From: a virus
Taxonomy: Duplodnaviria; Caudoviricetes
Virus record (IMG/VR): IMGVR_UViG_3300011336_000588
Span: 1 to 31,070 of that record
Reading direction: 5' to 3' (one strand)
Length of the DNA: 31,070 nucleotides
In this document: piece after piece, positions 25,859 through 31,070 of the stretch
Position numbering within the stretch: position 1 is the stretch's first letter
Layout of the letters: each line of letters opens with the position of its first letter
The notes under the pieces: generated by a model
What the model saw: the letters and a program-made list of their open reading frames with translations, nothing else
What the model was told of the DNA's origin: nothing
Database searches by the model: none
Program-made: the position numbers and the translations under genes

Positions 25859-28749
25859 CGGCTGTAGATGGCAAACCAGCCGCACCGGCACCGACCAGCA
25901 CCGCCGAGGCAGTTAGGGTCAGGCAGCGGTGGCAGCTCGAGGCCGACACCCGGCGTCACAAAGTCGGCTACCTTCACACGCTCGCCCGTGTCTGCAGCTG
26001 CACAGATGCTGCAGCGGTTGCCGTCGGGGATGCTCGACCTAACCACGAAGGTAGGCACCGCGCCCACTGCCGTCGGGGCCTGTGCATACGCGCCGATGCG
26101 TGACGCTGCCTCTACCATGTTGCGGCTGTCTCGGGCCGAGTCCAGCAAGCCAAGAGGAGTGATGCGGCTCACCCATGACGCAGGGTCGGCACCAGCAAGC
26201 AGCGCATTCTCAATCTCGGTCTGCACTCGGTTGGCGATGGTCTCGGCAGCCGTCTGTGTCAGTGCCGCAGCTTGAGCCGACTGCGCATTGGCTGCACCGG
26301 CCAGAGCGTCGCTAGCCCCAACCACAGCCGCAGGTGACATCGTGGACGCAGGTGCATCGGGCAGCGACTTGGTCGCCTCGTCAATCACATCGTCAAACAC
26401 CGACTGCCGCAGCTTGGTTGCGCTGTTAGCCAGAGCAACCTCGTACTCCTGCAGGTACTGCTTGTAGATGCGGTCGCGCTCGCCTGCCTGCCAGCCGTTC
26501 TTGAGAGCGTCGCGCACATCGTTGCGATGACGCACCGCTATCGCCTCGAGCAGGATAGCAAGCAGCATGTCCAGGTCGTAGCGTGACTCGGCCATCGTCA
26601 CCCAGCCGACCACGAGCTCCTCAGGCCGCAGCTCACGGTAGGTCACGAACTCCTTGCCGTCGCCGCCGACTACGAGAACCCCTTCGCCCTCCTTGTCGCC
26701 AAGGTCGCCACTGCCCTCGGTGCAGCCGCAGCCGCAGCCGTCGTTGAGCCGTGCCGCACGATGGTGAGCTGCCGAGGCATAGGCCATCATCAGACCACGC
26801 ACCCACTGCTTGGCCTCGTTGCCGCCTCGCAGCTGGTACGAGTGATAGCTGGCGCCCTTATCAGTAAACGACTTCGTGCTGGCTACCCTCGGCAGCGTAG
26901 CACTAAACCACTCAGCCAGGCGCATCACCCGGGACCATGCCAACCGCTTGCCGGCTGCGAGGTCACGCGCAATCAGCAGGGCCTCGGTGTCCGAGGTCTT
27001 GCCCTTGCTCACAGACCGGTGGGCCTCGAGCGCCGCTGCAGCTGCAGCTCGCACCGAGTCGGGCACCACTACATCGGGCCGCTCGGCCAGAGACGCTGAC
27101 AGGATGGTGGCAGCCTCGGCCATAGCCGTCTCTGCACCAGCCGTCGGCACAGGCGCGAACGCTGCGCTGTCGCCAATCGTGGCAGGCACCTCGATGTTTT
27201 CGCTGACCTGCACCTGGGGCACAACCGCTGCTGCAGTCTCAGGTGACGCAGGGGCAACCGTCAAGGATTCCTTGTCAGTTGGAACCGCGCCAGCGACAGG
27301 GGTAGCCATGGGCGACGGCATAGCCAGCTGAGCTGCAATCATCGCATCGGCCGTCGTGCGGCTCATGCCTGCCGAGACCAACAGCAACGCAGCTGCCTCG
27401 GGGGCCAACGGTGCCGGGTTGGCAGGCGTTGCCACCAACATGCCGAGCACCTGCTGCGCAATCTGCAGCGAGCCGACCAGAAGCGGGGCCGGTGTGTCGG
27501 CCGTCACCTCAACCTGCTCTTGCACCGGCAGGTCGGGAGCGCCAATCACCTTGCGAGCCCATGCCTCGTCACCAGCTGCACGAGTGATGAGACCCGCCTG
27601 GACACCTTGCACATAGGCTGCCCAACCGTCCATGCCCGTCGTCAGCTCGGCCGACTGCACCTGCACCCGAGGCAGCTTGCCCGTGTAGCCCACATCGTTG
27701 GCAAGCCACTGGAACATGCCTCGGCTTGCACGGTCAAAGACATTGTTGAGCCATGCCTTGGCCTTGCGACCTGCTGCACCGTCCAAGGTCTCGGCCATCG
27801 CACGAGAGCCGAACTGAGCAATGCCCGCCAGAGGAGCGTTGAGCTTCTTCTCAATCTGCCGGTCCCAATACTCGAGCTGCTCGATGATGGCAGGGGGCGT
27901 GCCGCTCGGGTAGCGCATCTCCACATCGACCTGCTTAGGCCGCAGCAGGTACTTGCGCTGGCCGTCGCTGAACTGCTGGCCAAAGGTGTTGAACGCGTCG
28001 ATGTCATCCTCGGTGACGCTCGGCTCGTAGGCGATGTCCAAGAAGCCCCAAGACAGCTGGTTGTAGATGCCTGCGTTGATGGCAATCTGCTTCCACAGCT
28101 CGAACGGCTGCAGGCAGTCACGCAGCATCGACCGACCCTCGAACTCCATCGCGCCGGCAGTGCCGTAGACCGTGTGCACCAGCTGGCTCGCATCGAGGTC
28201 GTCATAGCCGTTGGGCGTCGAGAACCGTGCGCCGCCAAAGAGGTGACCGTCGGGACGCCACAGCATCACCGCATTGTGCGCGACTGGGTACCACTCAATC
28301 TGCGTGTCGTTGAGCCGACGAGGGAACATGAGGCCAAAGCCCATGAAGGTGTCGAGCAGAGGGTAGGACCACAGAGCCGAGCCGCCCTCAATCATTCCCT
28401 CGTACACGACCGCGTCCTCGATGGTCGCAGCCCGGCACAGGTCCATGAACGCGAGCTCCTCGGTGCCCGGGTCTCGATGGTGCGTCCACACCACTTCCTT
28501 GGGCAAAGCCGAGCCCTCGTTGATGGCCCAATAGACCGCAGCTGCAATGCCGACATGTGTCTGCATCATCTCCTGATATTTGCCCGGCAGGCCGCCAACA
28601 CCTCGGCGGTCCATCGGCAGGAATGTCAGATTCGGGTCGGCATCAGGCAGGCCACCTCGAGCGTTACGAGCGCCAGACATGTTGACGCGAGCGCTTGCCT
28701 GCGCTGCCGTCATCGGAATCACACCGTTAGCCAGTACCGGCTTTACCAT
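25855..28749 (-). CDS. Portal protein (DUF935/Mu gp29-like) fused to an extra helical domain and a MuF-like head morphogenesis domain (964 aa)
   Basis: Follows TerL. N-terminal about 400 aa is portal-like (EGRSMLR, IEQLEYWDRQIEK, GSRAMAE). C-terminal DGNRCSIC...PPLPDPNC...RCRC is MuF-like. Confidence 0.8.
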   Translation of the reverse strand: MVKPVLANGVIPMTAAQASARVNMSGARNARGGLPDADPNLTFLPMDRRGVGGLPGKYQEMMQTHVGIAAAVYWAINEGSALPKEVVWTHHRDPGTEELAFMDLCRAATIEDAVVYEGMIEGGSALWSYPLLDTFMGFGLMFPRRLNDTQIEWYPVAHNAVMLWRPDGHLFGGARFSTPNGYDDLDASQLVHTVYGTAGAMEFEGRSMLRDCLQPFELWKQIAINAGIYNQLSWGFLDIAYEPSVTEDDIDAFNTFGQQFSDGQRKYLLRPKQVDVEMRYPSGTPPAIIEQLEYWDRQIEKKLNAPLAGIAQFGSRAMAETLDGAAGRKAKAWLNNVFDRASRGMFQWLANDVGYTGKLPRVQVQSAELTTGMDGWAAYVQGVQAGLITRAAGDEAWARKVIGAPDLPVQEQVEVTADTPAPLLVGSLQIAQQVLGMLVATPANPAPLAPEAAALLLVSAGMSRTTADAMIAAQLAMPSPMATPVAGAVPTDKESLTVAPASPETAAAVVPQVQVSENIEVPATIGDSAAFAPVPTAGAETAMAEAATILSASLAERPDVVVPDSVRAAAAAALEAHRSVSKGKTSDTEALLIARDLAAGKRLAWSRVMRLAEWFSATLPRVASTKSFTDKGASYHSYQLRGGNEAKQWVRGLMMAYASAAHHRAARLNDGCGCGCTEGSGDLGDKEGEGVLVVGGDGKEFVTYRELRPEELVVGWVTMAESRYDLDMLLAILLEAIAVRHRNDVRDALKNGWQAGERDRIYKQYLQEYEVALANSATKLRQSVFDDVIDEATKSLPDAPASTMSPAAVVGASDALAGAANAQSAQAAALTQTAAETIANRVQTEIENALLAGADPASWVSRITPLGLLDSARDSRNMVEAASRIGAYAQAPTAVGAVPTFVVRSSIPDGNRCSICAAADTGERVKVADFVTPGVGLELPPLPDPNCLGGAGRCRCGWFAIYSR

Positions 28750-30005
28750 GTCGTGCCTCTATTCGTGGTTGCCACCGCGCTGCCCATGTAGGCCCGCCGT
28801 GTTTGCGCTGTTACTCCCATACGCTCGGCACCGTACCACGCCAAAGCGTGAGCACACACCGTGTCGTCATGCACACCGCTCGGCGCGCCATACACTACTC
28901 GGCCCTGCTTTACATCATACTCGAATGCCTCGAGCTCGGCGCGGTGCGGGCCGTCGAGCACGCTCGTTCTACCTTGTTGCAGAGCCAGTGCAAGCCCCTC
29001 CATCAACCCTTGCTTGCTAGCCGAGCTGAAGATGAACGCCTCGCACCACAGCCTGGACGACACCAGCTGCTCGCCTACCGCGTCGCCAACGCCCGTCGCA
29101 TCGTAGAACAGGCACGACTTGCTGCCGGCACCAACGATGCGCGTCACCTCGGCCACCAGCGAGGAGTAGCTCAGGCCGTGCCACCGGTGCATCACCGAGA
29201 CATGCCGGTTGCTGTCGAGCCCCATGAGCACCGCGTAGTCGCGTTTGCGGGCTATGTCTAAACCCCATACCCGCACTGGGTTGCCCGTCGGCTGGCCGTT
29301 GTTGAGCTCAGCGCAGGCCCGTACCGAGTCGATGCCGAACGGGTTGCCACCGTCGTCGGCAGGCTCGCAGTAGTAGAGCTCCCGAAACACAGCCGCCGGC
29401 AGCGAGCGTCGTGCCATCTCGAGGTCGCCCTCCGAGAACAGCCCGCCGGCAATCGCGTCGTCGGCCGTCAGTCGGTGGTAGGCAAAGCCCGGCTCGCCCG
29501 ACTCACCCTTGCGCGACCACTGGTAGTGACGGTTGGCTCGGCCTCGCACATTGCCACACAGCCGCAGCTTGCCTCGGGTCTTGGTGGTGGTGGAGTAGAC
29601 AGCGTCCACCGCGTCATCCTTCATGCGGCTGGCCTCGTCCAGGACGGCGCTGGTCACTGCAGAGCCATAGAGGTTGTCGGGCTTGTCGGCAGACCGGAAG
29701 CTCCACCGCCGGTCACCTGGTGCGATGATTGCCTTGTCGGCCAGTGCCTGCCGAAACCCCGGCTTGCCACGAAGCAAGGACCATGCGACGCGGTAGGCCA
29801 TCATGCTCTGCTCGTAGACGGGCGCCACCCACCAGTGCTCGGCGTCGCACGGACCCTCGAGCAGCTGCTTGATTTGCCAGACGATGGCTGAGGTGGTCTT
29901 GCCGCTCTTGGTCGTGCTCTCGATGCAGACGATGCGGCTCGGGTCGTTGATGGCATCCCATTGCTTCGCATACAGGGCAGGAAGGATGACCTCAGCGTTA
30001 GCCAC
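28743..30005 (-). CDS. terL: Terminase large subunit
   Basis: Walker A TTKSGKT, WWVAPVYEQS, Walker B AVLDEA, nuclease motifs WGLDIARKRD and HDDTV. Confidence 0.95.
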   Translation of the reverse strand: MANAEVILPALYAKQWDAINDPSRIVCIESTTKSGKTTSAIVWQIKQLLEGPCDAEHWWVAPVYEQSMMAYRVAWSLLRGKPGFRQALADKAIIAPGDRRWSFRSADKPDNLYGSAVTSAVLDEASRMKDDAVDAVYSTTTKTRGKLRLCGNVRGRANRHYQWSRKGESGEPGFAYHRLTADDAIAGGLFSEGDLEMARRSLPAAVFRELYYCEPADDGGNPFGIDSVRACAELNNGQPTGNPVRVWGLDIARKRDYAVLMGLDSNRHVSVMHRWHGLSYSSLVAEVTRIVGAGSKSCLFYDATGVGDAVGEQLVSSRLWCEAFIFSSASKQGLMEGLALALQQGRTSVLDGPHRAELEAFEYDVKQGRVVYGAPSGVHDDTVCAHALAWYGAERMGVTAQTRRAYMGSAVATTNRGTTW

Positions 30006-30418
30006 TACTCACCCTCATCGACACGCATCACACGCGGTATCGTGACCGTGAACTTGATGGGCTCGCCACCGCTGGTCAGGTCGAGAGCCGACTTGGTCAC
30101 AGCGTCGAGGCCGTTGAGCTTGGCCCGACGCTCCTCGATGCTAAGCACCGTGCTCACTGCCTTGAGGTCGCCCTCCTTGGCCTGCGTCCACACCGAGCGC
30201 AGCAGAGCATCGAGCCGCTCGGCAGCCTCTTTCCGCTCCTCGGTCGCACTCGCCAGGACATACTCTTCGACCTCTTTGCGGTGCTGGGTCAGCAGCTCGG
30301 TCACCACCTTGCGACTAAGGCCGAGCTTCTGGCCGATGTCGTTGTGAGACCATCCACCCAGCCGCAGCTCCCATGCCTGTCGCACGAGCTCGGCTCGCTG
30401 TTCGTTACTCAGTGCCAT
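30005..30418 (-). CDS. terS: Terminase small subunit
   Basis: N-terminal HTH (GWSHNDIGQKLGLSRKVV), ERRAKLNGLDA and LDLTSGGEPI; TAGTG overlap with terL. Confidence 0.85.
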   Translation of the reverse strand: MALSNEQRAELVRQAWELRLGGWSHNDIGQKLGLSRKVVTELLTQHRKEVEEYVLASATEERKEAAERLDALLRSVWTQAKEGDLKAVSTVLSIEERRAKLNGLDAVTKSALDLTSGGEPIKFTVTIPRVMRVDEGE

Positions 30419-30472
30419 GGAGCCGATTGTGGCACCGGTGGCTTGGCAGGTCAAGTGGCAGCTTTAGGGCCA

Positions 30473-30759
30473 GCGGTAACATGGTAACATCGAGGTTGTT
30501 ACCGCAAAACCGCCGCAACCCCTTGAACTACCTAGCGAAATCGGAGCGGTAACATAGTAACACGATTTTTCGACATACCATGTGTAAGTCGAGAGGAGCC
30601 TCCTTGTGCAGGTGCGCGTGCCCGCGCGCGCGCGTATAGGTGCTTGTTTTGGATGTTACTCATGTTACCGTATCAAAAAACTACTACTATCTATAAACAA
30701 AACAAGGACATAAGCGGTAACATCAGCGGTAACATCGGAGTAACATGCTTGTTACCGCT
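30473..30759. repeat. Iteron-like (GCG)GTAACA(T) cluster, candidate replication origin
   Basis: Seven forward GTAAC and four reverse GTTAC copies, a (CG)6 tract at 30623-30634 and an AT-rich stretch at 30671-30712. Confidence 0.7.
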
Positions 30760-30946
30760 CGGCGGCTAAGTCGTTGAAACCTCGTTGCGGCTCCTCGGCG
30801 CGGCCGTCCAAAGCTCTCAAAACCGGTCATCCTCGCGTGCGCGAAGGGGCCGAGGCCAGTGCACGGTGAAGCACCCCAGCCCAAAAGCATCGAGGCCCTC
30901 CAACCCAGTGCCACGACACCGATTGGAGGACCTCGACTAGCTACTC

Positions 30947-30975
30947 TTGACAGGAGGTAGTCAGAGCGGCATAAG
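30947..30975 (+). promoter_or_regulatory. Putative sigma70 promoter (rightward)
   Basis: TTGACA-17 nt-CATAAG. Confidence 0.5.
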
Positions 30976-31016
30976 GGTCGGCAGCCGCGACAACGGCCAC
31001 CAACCTGATGGGCCTC

Positions 31017-31045
31017 GGTATACCCGAGGTGCCTAGTTTTTGCAA
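31017..31045 (-). promoter_or_regulatory. Putative sigma70 promoter (leftward)
   Basis: TTGCAA-17 nt-TATACC on the - strand. Confidence 0.5.
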
Positions 31046-31070
31046 GCCCCCACGAGGTATCATGCAAGAT

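Larger units (their letters stand above)
1..31070. mobile_element. Tailed dsDNA bacteriophage genome (near-complete; Mu-like head module, non-contractile siphovirus-type tail)
   Basis: Canonical terS-terL-portal-protease-capsid-neck-tail-lysis order on the - strand and a recombination/replication module on the + strand. No host genes, sheath or integrase seen. Confidence 0.95.

Noticed and set aside
27520-28791. Long opposite-strand ORFs (this 423-aa one, also 21499-22563 +, 2614-3840 -, 8783-9799 +, 16225-17121 +)
   Set aside because: They are shadows of GC-rich, codon-biased genes on the other strand, with no RBS or recognisable motifs.
30473-30759. CRISPR array
   Set aside because: Repeats are 11 bp or shorter, in both orientations and irregularly spaced, with no cas genes.
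30723-31067. 114-aa - strand ORF
   Set aside because: It overlaps the promoter-like and repeat region, has atypical composition and shows no motif.
1-31070. Alternative genetic code, or integrated prophage / Mu-type transposable phage
   Set aside because: TAA, TAG and TGA all end well-packed genes. No integrase, transposase, att site or host genes are visible, although the genome is incomplete in this window.

Overview
This window is most of a small, GC-rich (about 62-63% by eye) tailed-phage genome with two convergent arms. The + strand arm (1-8776) holds early and middle genes: the C-terminal part of a DUF927/Cch-like primase-helicase, a YqaJ exonuclease, RecT, an HTH protein, a RuvC-like resolvase and many hypotheticals. 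The - strand arm (30418 down to 8834) is a complete morphogenesis and lysis operon. In order it encodes TerS, TerL, a portal fused to two extra domains including a MuF-like C-terminus, a Mu-type protease/scaffold, three tandem paralogous capsid cement-like proteins and the major capsid protein. These are followed by head-tail proteins, the tail tube, frameshifted tail chaperones, a short tape measure, tail-tip proteins, a CHAP endolysin and three membrane proteins. A two-gene antisense cassette with a LexA-like wHTH splits the late operon. An iteron-like GTAAC cluster (30473-30759) is a candidate origin. The most notable observations are a repeated, covarying tRNA-elbow-like RNA structure at early gene junctions and genome-wide absence of GATC and ACGT, except for three ACGT sites clustered in one cement paralog. 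No integrase, polymerase or tRNA was seen. All calls come from motif reading and synteny only; no searches were run.
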